The translations under genes were made by a program, and so were the position numbers. Positions 26,721 to 41,249 of a stretch of DNA of 64,000 nucleotides are shown piece by piece (within the stretch, counting starts at the first letter, position 1; each line of letters opens with the position of its first letter). The stretch comes from Eledone cirrhosa (taxonomy: Eukaryota), in contig OZ024741.1 in NCBI GenBank assembly GCA_964016885.1, positions 344,348,001-344,412,000 of the forward strand, given 5' to 3'. Under the pieces are notes generated by a model. The model was not told the DNA's origin and searched no databases. It saw only the letters and a program-made list of their open reading frames with translations.

Positions 26721-27459
26721 TATATATATATATATATATAGGTAAGTTATTCCGGGTTGAATCAGAGGTAAACACAGTAAGTAAGGTACTCAATACATAG
26801 CAGAGTATAAAAGTTTTAATATAGATGAGATTCTACAGGACTAGAACGGTTTCATTCTTGAGAAATCATGAGGAATCTGACTGTCCAAGTAAATATGGTG
26901 GTATTGATATCTTTTCTGCTGGTAGGAGAGGATGGGGAGTGGGATGGGTGGAGGTCATTGGTTGAAAGAAAAGGGAATTCAATAAAAGCTAATTCTTTAA
27001 GGCTATAATTTATATTTAGAGTGAGAAAGGCAGAAAGAACTCTATAAACAAGTTCAAATTAGGGTGCCACTCCTTATTTTTAAGTTTCTCTTAAGCTAAC
27101 AATGCCTATATTTCAGGTGTCTATAAAATGGTTGGGGGTCAGTCATGGTTGATGGGTTTAAAGAAAAGGGAAATTCTTTAAAAGCTAATTCTTTAAAGCT
27201 CTACTTAGAGTGACAAAGGCAGAGAGAATTCTATAAACCAGTTCAAATATTGGGTGCCTGTCCTTATTGTCATGTTTCTCTAAGCTATATTTCAGGTGTC
27301 TACAGACATATTCATATACACACACATATACACATATATAAATATATATAAATATATATAAATATACACATATACAAACATATACAAACACATATACACA
27401 TATACACATATATATACATATATACATATATATACACATATACATATATACACACACAC

Positions 27460-27499
<40 letters not shown>

Positions 27500-28220
27500 A
27501 TTTTCTTCATTTTATTGCCTTCTATTTCTTCATATACATGGCAGACCCCACCACCACCACCACCACGAGAGATGGTGGCAGGATTGATGAAGAAACACAC
27601 ACAGATACTTCTAAATGTCAGCAGCAGCAAGACATAGGCTGACCACAACACCAACACCACTACCAAAATAAGGGTAGAGGTCAGATGTACTTAACAATAG
27701 CAAAAACAAACACTGCAGGGAGCCTCATCCCAGGAAGAATTTCTATAGACTTTTGACTGAGGAATGCTCTCAAAACTGACCAATGGGAGGAGTAACCTTA
27801 CAAATCTTTCTAACATTGAGATTGGGTATAACACACACACACATTTTATTTGATTATTTTATTTTGTTCCTACCATCTTATTCCTTCTATCACTTTATCA
27901 TTTTTTTGAGCTGACTCCAACACCGACACCACTACCAACATAAGAGTAGAGGTCAGATGTACTTAACAATAACAAGAACAACCACTACAGATTGCCTCGC
28001 CTCAGAACGAATTTCTATAGACGTTTGACTGAGGAATGTTCTCACAACTGACCAATGAGAGGAAAAGATGTCCTTAGACGCTGAACTTCGTTTGTTTAAA
28101 TTCATATGATTCCAGTTCCTCAGTGAAATAACAACCCAACTAGGAACTGGGCATATCAGAGTATTGACAAAATTAAACACCTCAACAACATGTGTACTCT
28201 TCTCTACCACACTAATTCGG

Positions 28221-28275
28221 ACTGCCTGAAGAGGTCACAGCCAAAGATGGTTGTCACCGAAATATATATAGCAGT
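28221..28275 (+). ncRNA. Minimal type I hammerhead ribozyme
   Basis: actgc-CTGAAGA-ggtcacagcc(aaagat)ggttgtcacc-GAAA-tatata-TA-gcagt; perfect 5-bp stem I, palindromic stem III; ~45 bp before a (TA)n tract. Confidence 0.8.
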
Positions 28276-28316
28276 AATAAACGAAGCCAAATTTTAAACA
28301 TTTGACTTATTTGTTT

Positions 28317-28354
<38 letters not shown>

Positions 28355-28360
<6 letters not shown>

Positions 28361-28642
28361 ATACTTGGCGAGGGTCATATTTGTGTAATATTGCCAGAAT
28401 TAATAACAGAACACACTCACTGTTTGGTTGGTTTTCGCTTTTCGCTTCTGTGTCTTTTATATCGGTAATCTGTTGCCATTGACTGACCAACGGTCAAAAA
28501 TAATACAGATACTATATAGACACAAACACATATATATAGTTTATCAAAGTTCTTTCGTTGCACATCTGCAACATCGTCACTGGAGCTATTGTTTCCTCCC
28601 GTTGCATTGTATTTTCTACGCAAAACTGATTCATCGCCGTTA
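28355..28642 (-). mobile_element. Penelope-type pseudo-LTR fragment with a degenerate hammerhead (28543-28584)
   Basis: GTGACGA-t-gttgca(gatg)tgcaac-GAAAgaacTT is homologous to the 22581 motif. The 3' end atgaccctc..caagtataacaat is shared with ~21595-21668, 22745-22777 and 49015-49082. Confidence 0.6.
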
Positions 28643-28691
28643 TATATATATACATATATATATATATACACACACACATATATATATATAG

Positions 28692-28768
<77 letters not shown>

Positions 28769-28793
28769 TACATACATATATATATACACATAT

Positions 28794-28876
<83 letters not shown>

Positions 28877-29155
28877 TATACATATATATATAAATACATA
28901 TATATATATATAGACTTATATATATATACATACATATATACATATATATATACACATATACATATATATATACACATACACATACACACACACATACATA
29001 CACATATACATACATGTACACACACAGACGCACAAATAAATGTATATATACACATATATATATATACATATATACAAACACATACACACACACATATATA
29101 TATATGTACACATACATACACACATGCATACATACATACACACATGCATATACAC

Positions 29156-29218
<63 letters not shown>

Positions 29219-29223
29219 TACAT

Positions 29224-29306
<83 letters not shown>

Positions 29307-29681
29307 TACATATACATATATATACATATACATACACATATACATACATATGATGGCTGCCCCCTCGTTATCGCGTATGGCAATACACTAGAAAGAAAAC
29401 ATACATAATAATAATAATAATAATAATAATAATGTTTTCTTTATTAACCACAAGGGTTTACATAAAGTAGACATTAATGACAGTACAGGACAATACAGGA
29501 CGGTACAAATGTGAATTTCTGCGTGTAAAAAAAAAAACAGAGGATGTAATAAAAATAAAAATGAAAAATTCCCCAATAAGGGGGAGAATTCCGAGGGACA
29601 TTTGTGGAGAAAGCCCATTAAAAGACCACAGTGACCCTGACCACCAGGGCAAGTGCCCTCTCCCAGTTTTCCACCTTTAAT

Positions 29682-32600
29682 TTACAGACAGATACTCAGA
29701 GTAGCCCCATTCACTCGGGCCATACTTGCTTCTCTCACCCATCTTTCAACAAAATGCTGGGCGGAGAGCACTTCCCTCTCTACCCTGATTTTCCTTTTCA
29801 AATGAAATTTGAAAAAGTTAATCAGGGCATCACCGAAGAGGTAAGTGCTCGTCTTCAGCCATTTCAAACGTGTCCACCATACTATCTCTTTCGTCATGCC
29901 CACCAGACAGATAAACACTGCCTGCCCTTCCCGGCTAAAGGAAGAGGGCGGGGAAATCCTCACGATGGACTCAGCTGATAGCTGGATCCGTCCTACACGT
30001 GACAGCAGGTGTTCGACATAAACCCACAAGTCAACAATGCTTGGACACTGGACGAGTGCGTGCAGGACGGATTCGTCGCCCTGCGCGCATCTCGGATATG
30101 CCCGGCTGACGGCACCTCCATGCCTGTAGAGTTTATCCCGAACTGGCAAAGCTCCTCGGTAGCACTGCCAGGCCAGGGATTTCTGGAAGTTGTCCATAGG
30201 CCCCGACCCGAAAGTCCTTCCGAAGAGATTGGATAGTTGATATTCGTCGACGCCTAGAGTTTCTCCAAGTACGTCGTCGCTCTTCCCCTCCACTAATCCT
30301 CTATAGAACGCCAAGGTGGAGTTTCCACTGATCACATTGCCCGATTGGTCGAGGGCTGTGAGCGCCTGAAGACATTCCAGTATCCAAGCGCCCCCTCTCG
30401 GTCTTCGTTTGTCCCAGGACTGCAGCTCCGTCAAGGAGACGAGCTGGAGGAAGACGTGTCTAGCAAACGGCGACCACACCTGATCACCGTCGAGGAAGAG
30501 GTGCAGATGTCGTAGCCTGAGCGCGTGTCTGCGCATCATCAGCCACGGCAAGCCCAGCCCTCCGCGTATCGGGTGTTGACAGCAGATGGACCGCTTGACC
30601 ATCGGAGCGCGTCCCTTCCACAAAAAGCGAAAGAGCAAACGCTCCAGCGCAGTCAGGCGGGGCTTAGGACAAGGTACGACGGTCAGGCGGTAGTAGATGA
30701 CGGACACGATGTACGCATTAGCCACCTCCGCTCGACCTTTCAAGGATAGCTTCCTCTCCGCCCATTTCTGGGTGAGAGAAGTCACCCTGCTCGTCACCTC
30801 GTCCCAGTTTTTGTCCGTCTGGAGGTCTGGACCGAACCAAACCCCTAGCAATTTAACCAGTCCATCCGTCCAGCGCCCGACGACGCTGTTGGACGGCATG
30901 GACCTGCTTCTCCAGGTGCCGAGCTGCAGGCCCACTGACTTTTCCTGGTTGATCATTGCTCCTGTCACCGCTTCGTATTCTCTTAGTGTAGTGCCGATCG
31001 CCTCGATGTGTTTGGCGTTCGACACCACTACGGTGACATCGTCGGCATATGCTGACACGGATCTTCCGCATCCTAGTTCGCGCGGGACCCCCCTCAACGT
31101 CTCCAGTTTGTGCAGTAATGGCTCGAGAGTCAATACATACAAGAGGGACGAGAGGGGACATCCTTGGCGGACCGAGCGCATGATTTTGAACGGTTCCGAA
31201 AGGTGACTGTTCACTCTCACTACAGAGCAGATGTCGCGATGCATGGCAGCGATCCAGCCTCTGAAGACGGGCCCAAAGCCAGCCGCCCTCAGGACTGACG
31301 CTAGGTAACGGTGGTCGACCCTATCGAAGGCTTTCGACTGATCTAAATTGATCAAAGACCCACCCGTGCCAGGTTCCCTAGCTACCCTCTCTACGATGTA
31401 TCGCATGAGGTGTAGGTTGTCGTGGATGGATCTGTCGGGAATGGCGCATGTCTGTGCCTCTCCCACCAGACCACCAACGACAAGCGCCAACCACTTTGCT
31501 AGCACCTTGGCCAAAATCTTGAACTCTGTGTTTAGCAAAGTTATGGGCCTGAAATTATCTATGTTATCCCCCTTGTTCGGATCCTTTCTCAGCAGTTCCA
31601 CCGCTCCTCGGCTCACAGAGCTGGGAATTCTCCCATTCTGTTGCCAGTTGCAGTAGACGTCCGCCAAGAGGCCTCCGAACAAGTCTGGCATCTGTACGTA
31701 AAGTTCATATGGCAGACCAACCAAACCAGGCGATTTACCCCTTGTGCAGCCAGTCATTGCCTCCCGTACTTCAGCGGCAGTTATCGGCTTTTTGCAACAC
31801 TCCGCCTCAGTGGCCGAGAGCCTCGGCAGTCCGTCTAGGTAGAGACTAAAGTCCATCCCTCGACGCGGCCAACCGCTGCCCCCGAACAATTGAGCGAAGT
31901 GTCGCTGAAAAGCTTCACACATTCCCCCGGGATCGAGTAGCATGCGCCCGTCGTGGTCCACCAAAGACCGGATCGTGGCTTTGTTGCCACGACGCGCCTC
32001 CGCCACTCGGGCCCATTGAACGGCTTTCGTCCCCTCGTGTCTGAGAGCACGCACCCTAGCTCTGACAACGCAGCCTTCGTGCTTTGCATTGAAGAATTGG
32101 TCAAGGGCCAATTTAGCCGCAAGCACGTCGGTCGCGATGCCTTTGCTAAGCGCCTCGTCTAATTTTCTAACTAGTTCTCCCTCTGCTCTATTTTACTCTA
32201 TTGCTAAAGCCTTACTAAACCTAATGGACTCTATTCTAATCGCTCTTTTCAGAGCAAACCACCACTTGTTCTTGACGATGGCCCCGTCAACGCCCGCTTA
32301 ACTAGTTCGCTAATCCGGTCTCTGTAGGCCTTGCGCGCTGGTAAGGACGCGTTTAGCTTCCAGTAGCCGGGTCCTCGTCTATGAAGCCTATCTAAGTCAA
32401 GCACACAGATCACGAATTTGTGGTCCGTGTAGCTGACTATCTTGAATTGTGGACAGCCTATGCTAGACCTATCTATTTCCCTACAAAATACTCTATCTAG
32501 ATATGATCTGGATGACCCGATACGATTTGTCCAAGTCCACATTGGCACATTCGGGAAATCCAATCGGTACCTGTCAGACAGCTCAAAACGCCTGAGCAGG

Positions 32601-33098
32601 TTGGTGAGGCTCTTGCACCATCCTCCCTATCCGCTAATCCCACACAGTCCCAGCGTGCATCTAAGATCCCGTTCAAGTCGCCCACTAACACTAAAGAGCG
32701 GGACGTTCCAAGAAAGGTCTCCAGACGCCGGAAGACATCAGGCCGCCCTGCTCCTGTTGGGGCATAGACGGCCACTAGCCTGAAAGCTTGCCCGTCTCCG
32801 CTGGTCACATCCAGCACCACCAACTTACCCCCTGGGTCCAGGAAGATGGCCCGTATGGCGAGATCCAAACCTCTCCGAAAAAGCACAGCAACTCCTCCCC
32901 CGATTCAGGACGGCTGGGAGATGCGTACACATCGTAGCCGCCGAAGATCGGTGCGAAGGCCCGTACTTCGGAGATTCTGGTCTCGCTGATGGCCACTACA
33001 TCTATGTTTAGTGACCTGAGGTCGTTGAGCAGGTGGCCCTGCTTCCATGACGACCCCAAGCCACGCGCATTTATGCTGCCTATTCTGAGTGAGGTCAT
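29682..33098 (-). pseudogene. Tx1-like ORF2 (APE endonuclease + reverse transcriptase), frameshifted
   Basis: SINARGL, AISET, VYAP, YLDRVF, YTDH, GYWKLN, KAFDRVDH, VRQGCPLS, YADD, ESVLHALVQC, split over several frames. Confidence 0.9.
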
Positions 33099-33132
33099 GT
33101 TGAAATGGAGTGGAAAAGATGGGAAAGACCAC

Positions 33133-35307
33133 TTACCGTACTTTTCGTAGAGGAAGGATGGTTTCTCCATCCCTTTTCACTTGATCGTCTGGTGAAGGGA
33201 CCGTTGAATCGTCCCTTCGGATGGTCGTCGGCTCTTCTATGAGTGTGTCCGAATATACTCTCCGGTTGAGAGTCCCTCCTGGGTCTCTGAAATCACCAAC
33301 TGCGTTGGGGAATTTCGTATTAATGTTTGTGTATTGTTTCTGTGCTATCCTTACCAGTCTTATGTTCGTTGGTGTTTTGATTGGTGCTGGTATTATGTAG
33401 TCGTGCTGTGAAATGTCTGTGTGTTCAATTATGTAAGTCATTAGTTTCTTGTTGTGTGTATTTATTGCCGTGCATTTGTTTTTCTGGGGGTGGGGGTGTG
33501 GTTCTGCTATTTTCTTGTCGTTGTTGCTGGGTGTGTGTGTATTGTTATTGTGTTTGCGATGTTGGTGCTTGTGGTGGTGGTGTTGAAGTTGTTGTTGTTG
33601 GCGGTGGGGTTGTCGCCGGTGGTGATGGTGGTGCTAGTGTGGGTGGTGATGGTGTTGGTGGTGTTGCTGCTGTGAGTCTCTTTGCAGTATCCTTTACCCT
33701 TTTTTCATTTCTTTCTTCCCTTTTCGAAGGCGACGATGCGCTGCTTCTAAGTTTGTGACTTCTAGCGACGTTTTGCCATCTCTCTCCCACCTCAAACTCC
33801 ATGTCTGATTCTGTGTGGTCGGGGAGGGGTACCAGCTCCACTCTTTCACTTGTTGTTGTTGGTGATGTTTGCAGTGGAGTCTCTGTTGGAGCTGCAGTTG
33901 GTATTACTGTTGTTGTTGTTAATACTTCCACTGCTGCTGCTGTTCTTGATTTCCGTGGCGTGGGTATGGGTGCCACGGACCTATCGTTCCTGGTTGCCGC
34001 TTGTCCTGTTGCTGGTAGAAGTGGAGCCGGTTTCGGAAGGAGGGGGGTTTTCTCCTTTCTCAGGGTCTTATCGTTGCAGAAGGCCCTGAGGTGAGTCTTC
34101 GATCCACAGCGAAAGCATTTCGGGCGTTTGCCCTCAACACTTATGGGCAGTTGAGTGCCGTTATCGAAGTCTATCACATCCGGGATAGCTTCGATGCACT
34201 CCTGGTTGGTTTGGATTAACATCTCAATGGAGGTGCCGACCCAATCTTCTCTTACTCTTTTCTGTACTTGCAGTACAGTTGTTTTGTCCTCGATTCCGAC
34301 GAGGACAGACGCGGCCAGCCAAGAAGGGGCCATCCTGGGGGGGGGGGGGGGGGGGGGGGCGTGGGTCAGTTTGACCCTCACAGTTTTTTGTTCGCAGTAG
34401 GAGGGCACCAACACCATTTCCTCGCTCCATAAGGTCACTAAGGATTGAGCCTTTGCCTCCTGGGGTGTGGCAAAAAGCACGTCTACGGTGGCATATTTCT
34501 TACCTCGGGTGATATGCGTTTTCCGCTGCCACACAGACCCTAAGGCTTTTTTGTATTTGAGCCTCTGTGGCTCTTTCAACCCTACGGGATTTTGTGCTTA
34601 CTGTACGGTACGTGACCGTACAGTGCTGTTGGGTTTCGAAAAATGTTTGCGGCTGCCTTGCAGATTGCTCGGTGTCCGGTTTTCGTCACCATCTTCTTCG
34701 CTTCCTGTAATTCCTCATTTGTTATGAGGATGGTTTCTAGGTTCTTTGCGATACCTGCAAACGAAATTGGTTTTTCTTTGCTGCTGTTGTTGTTGGTGTT
34801 GTTGTCGTCAGAGCTGCTGTTACTTTTGTTGTTGCTGCAGGTACTACGACTACTGCCGCCGCCGCTGTTGCTGTGGTTGTTGTTGTTGCTGCTGCTGCTG
34901 CTGTTGTTGTTGTTATTGCTGCTAATGTTGATTTTGTTGCGGCTGCTACTGTTGTTTTCCTTGTCACTGTTGCTGCTGCTGCTGCTGTTATTACGGCTGC
35001 TACTGCTATTATTCATGACGTCAGACGAATGAAATGGGTTTTCGTATTTACCGCACACCTTTTTCGTCGTTGTCGTCGTCGGGGAGAAATGTTCCATGCT
35101 TTGCACGTGATTTTGGAAACTAATTTTCTTTACTGGCTTCGCTTGCGAAAGAGAAGGAGGGAGAGAGACACATTTAGAGAAGGGAGGGAGAGAGACAATC
35201 TTCTCTCTGCTGTAGGAAGAAGAAGACGGAATGAGTGGGAGTGACTTGTGAAAATTCTTTTTCGTAGCCATGTTTTTTTTTTGGTTTAAAATAAATATTG
35301 GGCACAA
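33133..35307 (-). pseudogene. Tx1-like ORF1 (nucleic-acid binding, CCHC), frameshifted
   Basis: CFRCGSKTHLRAFC zinc knuckle; Ser/Asn- and Thr/Pro-rich linkers; three ORF pieces. Confidence 0.8.
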
Positions 35308-35487
35308 AATCCCAATAAGCGATTATTTAACCCCGAAGGGCCAAATAACGGGCAAAAAGACCCCTCTCACGAGGAGGAGGGTGTTTTTGTCTACAATTTG
35401 GTTAAAGTTTTAAACAATTTACAATTATTATAGCGGTCAAAATTTACATTACCTTACAGAGCCGAGCCTCCGTCAACCATGGCATTC

Positions 35488-35535
<48 letters not shown>

Positions 35536-35723
35536 TGTTTCTACTTTTGGCACAAGACCAGCAATTTCCCAGTGCATTACTGGTACTTTATTTTATCGAA
35601 CCCATAAGGATGAAAGGCAAAGTTAACATCGGTGGGATTTGAACTCAGAATAAGAAGGGTCGTAACTCTATACGTCAAAGCATAGCATCCGACCCTCTAC
35701 CGATACTGCCAATCCACCGCCCT
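35536..35723 (-). mobile_element. Family A SINE between the two Tx1 copies, flanked by (AAT)n
   Basis: A box tggcagtatcgg, B box gagttcaaatcc. Confidence 0.8.
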
Positions 35724-35784
<61 letters not shown>

Positions 35785-36027
35785 TTTTCTTTATTAACCA
35801 CAAGGGTTTACATAAAGTAGACATTAAGGACAGTACAGGACAATACAGGACGGTACAAATGGGCATTTCTGGGTGTAAAAAAAACAGAGGTTGAAATAAA
35901 ATAACAAAGAAAAATTCCCCAATAGGGGGAAGACTTCCGAGGGACATTTGTGGAGAAAGCCCATTAAAAGACCACAGTGGCCCTGACCACCAGGGCAAGT
36001 GCCCTCTCCCAGTTTTCCACCTTTAAT

Positions 36028-39000
36028 TTACAGACACATACTCAGAGAAGGCCCATTCATTCGGGCCATACTTGCTTCTCTCACCCATCTTTCAACAAAA
36101 TGCTGGGAAGAGAGCACTTCCCTCTCTACCCTGATTTTCCTTTTCAAATGAAATTTGAAAAAGTTAATCAGGGCATCACCGAAGAGGTAAGTGCTCGTCT
36201 TCAGCCATTTCAAACGTGTCCACCATACTATCTCTTTCGCCATGGCCACCAGACAGATAAAAACTGCCTGCCCTTTCCGGCTAAAGGAAGGGGGCGGGGC
36301 AATTCTCACGATGGACTCAGCTGATAGCCGGATCCGTCCTACACGTGACAGCAGGTGTTCGACATAAACCCACAAGTCAGCAATGCTCGGACACTGGACG
36401 AGTGCGTGCAGGACGGTTTCGTCGCACTGCGCGCATCTCGGACATGCCCGGCTGACGGCACCTCCATGCCTGTAGAGTTTATCCCGAACTGGCAAAGCTC
36501 CTCGGTAGCACTGCCAGGCCAGGGATTTCTGGAAGTTGTCCATAGGCCCCGGCCCGAAAGTCCTTCCGAAGAGATTGGCTAGTTGATTTTCGTCGACGCC
36601 TAGAGTTTCTCCAAGTACGTCGTCGCTCTTCCCCTCCACTAATCCCCTATAGAACGCCAAGGTGGAGTTTCCACCGATCACATTGCCCGATTGGTCGAGG
36701 GCTGTGAGCGCCTGAAGACATTCCAGTCTCCAAGCGCCCCCTCTCGGTCTTCGCTTGACCCAGGACTGCAGCTCCGTCAAGGAGACGAGCTGGGGAAAAA
36801 CGTGTCTAGCAAACGGCGACCACACCTGATCACCGTCGAGGAAGAGGTGCAGATGTCGTAGCCTGAGCGCGTGTCTGCGCATCATCAGCCACGGCATGTC
36901 CAGCCCTCCACGTAGCGGGTGTTGACAGCAGATGGACCGCCTGACCATCGGAGCGCGTCCCTTCCACAAGAAGCGAAAGAGCAAACGCTCCAGCGCAGTC
37001 AGGCGGGGCTTAGGACAAGGTACGACGGTCAGGCGGTAGTAGATGACGGATGCGATGTACGCATTCGCCACCTCCGCTCGACCTTTCAGGGATAGCTTCC
37101 TCTCGGCCCATTTCTGGGTGAGAGAAGCCACCCTGCTCGTCACCTCGTCCCAGTTTTTGTCCGTCTGGAGGTCTGGACCGAACCAGACCCCTAGCAATTT
37201 AACCGGTCCGTCCGTCCAGCGCCCGACGACGCTGTTGGACGGCATGGACCTGCCTCTCCAGGTGCCGAGCTGCAGGCCCACTGACTTTTCCTGGTTGATC
37301 ATTGTTCCTGTCACCGCTTCGTATTCTCTTAGTGTAGTGCCGATCGCCTCGATGTGTTTGGCGTTCGACACCACTACGGTGACATCGTCGGCATATGTTG
37401 ACACGGATCTTCCGCATCCTAGTTCGCGCGGGACCCCCCTCAACGTCTCCAGTTTGTGCAGTAATGGCTCGAGAGTCAATACGTACAATAGGGACGAGAG
37501 GGGACATCCTTGGCGGACCGAGCGCATGATGTTGAACGGTTCCGAAAGGTGACCGTTCACTCTCACTACAGAGCAGATGTCGCTGTGCATGGCAGCGATC
37601 CAGCCTCTGAAGACGGGCCCAAAGCCAGCCGCCCTCAGGACTGCCGCTAGGTAACGGTGGTCGACCCTATCGAAGGCTTTCGACTGATCTAAATTGATCA
37701 AAGACCCACCCGTGCCAGGTTCCCTAGCTACCCTCTCTACGATGTATCGCATGAGGTGTAGGTTGTCGTGGATGGATCTGTCGGGAATGGCGCATGTCTG
37801 TGCCTCTCCCACCAGACCACCAACGACAAACGCCAACCTCTTTGCTAGCACCTTCGCCAAAATCTTGAACTCTGTGTTTAGCAGAGTTATGGCATTTGTA
37901 CGTAAAGTTCATAGGGCAGACCATCCAAACCAGGCGATTTACCCCTTGTGCAACTAGTCATTGCATCCCGTACTTCAGCGGTTGTTATCGGCTTTTCGCA
38001 ACACTCCGCATCAGTGGCCGAAAGCCGCGGCAGTCCGTCGAGGTAGACACTAAAGTCCATCCCTCGATCCGGCCCGCCACTGCCCCCGAACAGTTGAGTG
38101 AAGTGTCGCTGAAAAGCTTCACACATTTGCCCGGGATCGAGTAGCATGCGCCCGTCGTGGTCCACCAAAGACCGGATCGTGGCTTTGTTGCCACGACGCG
38201 CCTCCGCCACTCGGGCCCATTGAACGGCTTTCGTCCCCTCGTGTCTGAGAGCACGCACCCTAGCTCTGACAACGCAGCCTTCGTGCATTGCATTGAAGAA
38301 TTGGTCAAGGGCCAATTTCGCAGCAAGTACGTCGGTCGCGATGCCTTTGCTAAGCGCCTCATCTAATTTTCTAACTAATTCTCCCTCTGCTCTATTTTTC
38401 TCTATTGCTAAAGTCTTACTAAACCTAATGGACTCTATTCTAATTGCTCTTTTCAGGACAAACCACAACTTGTTGTTGACGATGGCCTCCGTCAACGCCC
38501 GCTTAACTAGTTCGCTAATCCGGTCTCTGTAGGCCTTGCGCGCTGGTAAGGACGCGTTTAGCTTCCAGTAGCCGGGTCCTCGTCCGTGAAGCCTATCTAA
38601 GTCAAGCACACAGATCACGAATTTGTGGTCCGTGTAGCTGACTATCTTGAATTGTGGACAGCCTATGCTAGACCTATCTATTTCCCTACAAAATACTCTA
38701 TCTAGATATGATCTGGATGACCATATGCGATTTGTCCAAGTCCACATTGGTACATTCGGGAAATCCATTCGGTACCTGTCAGACAGTTCAAAACGTCTGA
38801 GCAGGTTGGTGAGACTCTTGCACCCTCCTTCCCTATCCACTAATCCCACACAATCCCAGCGTGCATCTAAGATCCCGTTCCAGTCGCCCACTAACACTAA
38901 AGAGCGGGACGTTCCAAGAAAGGTCTCCAGACGCCGGAAGAAATCAGGCCGCCCTGCTCCTGTCGGGGCATAGACGGCCACTAGCCTGAAAGCTTGCCCG

Positions 39001-39305
39001 TCTCCGCTGGTCACGTCCAGCACCACCAACTTACCTTCTGGATCCAGGAAGATGGCCCGTATGGCAAGATCCAAACCTCTCCGAAAAAGCACAGCAACTC
39101 CTCCCCCCGATCCCGGACGGCTGGGAGATGCGTACACATCGTAGCCGCCGAAGATCGGTGCGAAAGCCTGTGCTTCGGAGATTCTGGTCTCGCTGATGGC
39201 CACTACATCTATGTTTAGTGACCTGAGGTCGTTGAGCAGGTGGCCCTGCTTCCATGACGACCCCAAGCCACGCGCATTTATGCTGCCTATTCTGAGTGAG
39301 GTCAT
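36028..39305 (-). pseudogene. Tx1-like ORF2 with a 142-bp internal deletion at ~37890
   Basis: ORFs 37887-39305 (APE) and 36028-37860 (RT). The segment matching copy 1 31547-31688 is missing, with a TGG microhomology at the junction. Confidence 0.9.
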
Positions 39306-39339
39306 ATTGAAAAGGAGTGGAAAAGATGGGAAAGACCAC

Positions 39340-41249
39340 TTACCTTACTTCTCGTAGGGGAAGGACGGTCTTTCCATCCTTTTCACTGCTTGTGGCCTCC
39401 TCAGGAAGGATGTCCTTATAAATCCTCCTGGAGAGTGCTTGTCGGAAGTCTCCAATGTCTTTGGGGAATTTTTGTTTTAGTGTCATGTACGTTTTCTGTG
39501 TGATGCGAGTGATTTGTATGTGTGGAGGTGGTGTGAATATTTGGGTTGTTGTGTAGTCTTTTTCTGTGATGCTGGTGTTGTGTTGGATGTAGTGTAATAA
39601 TTGCTTGTTGTTCAAATTTAATGCTGTGTAGTGTGTATCGTTTTGGTTGTTTTGTTCTGTTTGCGTTTGTTGTGGGTTTGTTTCTGTTTCGCATTTTGGT
39701 GACTTTTGTGGTGTAGGTGATGGTCGTGTTGGGGTTAATGATGGTGATGGTGTTGGTGTTTGGGTTGATGGGGTTGGTGATGCTGGTGTGGATGGTGGTA
39801 TATCTGTCCTAACTTTTTTGTTTCTTAGTTTATTTGTTTCCCTCTGTATTTTGTTTTTGGAGGGGGAAGGAAGAGTATTTTTTCTTTTTTGGTTTCTTTT
39901 TTTTTTCCGGATATCGTTTCCCACTCCTCGTCGTCACAATCTGTCTCCAGTTGTGATAGGCCGGGGAGTGGAAAATCCTCCACAGGCGTTAGTTTTGGTT
40001 GTGGCGTGGTGGATGGTGTAGACGCTGGTGCTAGTTCTGAAGCGTTGGGTGGTGGTGGTGTTGGTTTTGCTGGTGGTGGTGGTGGTGTTGGTTTTTCTAC
40101 TGTTGCTGGGGTTGTTGCTGTTATAGTTGCTTCTGTTGTTGCTGCTACAGTTGTTGCTGCCATCTCTGCTACTGGTGGTGTTGATGGTTGTGTCACTGGG
40201 GTGGGTAGGAGAGGTGGCCTCAACCTTTTAGCCTGAGGGCAGAAAGCCCTTAGGTGGGTTCCTTCACCACAAACGACACACCTAGGTCTTCTGCCCTCGA
40301 CAATTACCGTGAGGTGGCTGCCGTCAGTGAGGTCTATTACCTCTGGGATCTCCTCAATGCTTTTTTGGTCCGCTTGGATCAGGAGCTCCATCCCAGATCC
40401 GGACCAGTTCTCCTGCTTTTCTTTTGCTATTGCTATTATTTTCGGGTTGGCTTCGATGCCGGCGAGGACGGCCGCTATTAGCCAGGGAATTTCGATGGCC
40501 GGTGGAACGTGGGTCACCCTGATCTTTACGAGTCTATGGCCACAATAGCTTAGGACGAGTGTGAAGTCGTCACTTCTTAATGGGGCCATGGAGTGTTCTC
40601 TAGCCTCCTCTGGTGTTTCAAAGAACACGTCCACGGTTCCATACTTTTGCCCACGTCTGATGTGGGTTTTTCTTGCCCACACATGTCCCAAAGCTTTTTG
40701 GATTTGGGACTCGGATGCCCGTTCCACTCGGCGCGATTTTACATTTATTGTTCTATACGACACGGTGCATAGGCGCCGATGCTCCATTTTATTAGGTGGG
40801 GGGGTGAGGCTGACCCTGTACCCATCTTTCTTTACCATTTGTTTGGCATTTTCTAAATCCTCCTGAGTTCCCGTAAATGCTTCGAACTGTTTTGCTACGA
40901 TGGCGAAACTGGGGGGGTTTTTTATAATGTCATTGTTGTTGTTGTTGCTATCGTTAATATTAATTTTAGTTTCAGTTGTGGTGGTGGTGACGTCAGTCGT
41001 CTTTGGTGGGGAAGAGTCCATTTTGCTTGATTTCATTTCGACATCACGAGTTAATTTATTTTTTTCTTCTTTTGTTTCTGTTGTCGCGGTGGTGGTGGGG
41101 GTGGTGGTTGTCGCGGTGGTGGTGGTGGTGGTGGAGGCTTTAACACCTGCAGTCATTGGTAATGGCGGGAAATGAATGTCTGCCTGAGACAAATTTAAAA
41201 TATTGCTACTGCTTATATTTTTTTTTTGTGTTGGCAAACGTAGTAACAT
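39340..41249 (-). pseudogene. Tx1-like ORF1 of copy 2 (one frameshift near the A-run at ~39900)
   Basis: CVVCGEGTHLRAFC knuckle; homologous to copy 1 ORF1 but divergent. Confidence 0.8.

Larger units (their letters stand above)
29434..35487 (-). mobile_element. Full-length Tx1/L1-clade non-LTR retrotransposon, copy 1, in (AAT)n
   Basis: ORF1 with CCHC knuckle; ORF2 with APE endonuclease, RT and Zn finger; AATAAA near the 3' end; both ends abut (AAT)n. Confidence 0.9.

Noticed and set aside
26955-28065. Two diverged direct duplications (~26955/27140 and ~27640/27925), also 45280/45420
   Set aside because: Ordinary local duplications inside decayed repeats; no further structure recognised.
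31547-31688. Segment missing in Tx1 copy 2 as a spliced intron
   Set aside because: The ends are not GT-AG on the sense strand; the TGG microhomology points to a deletion.
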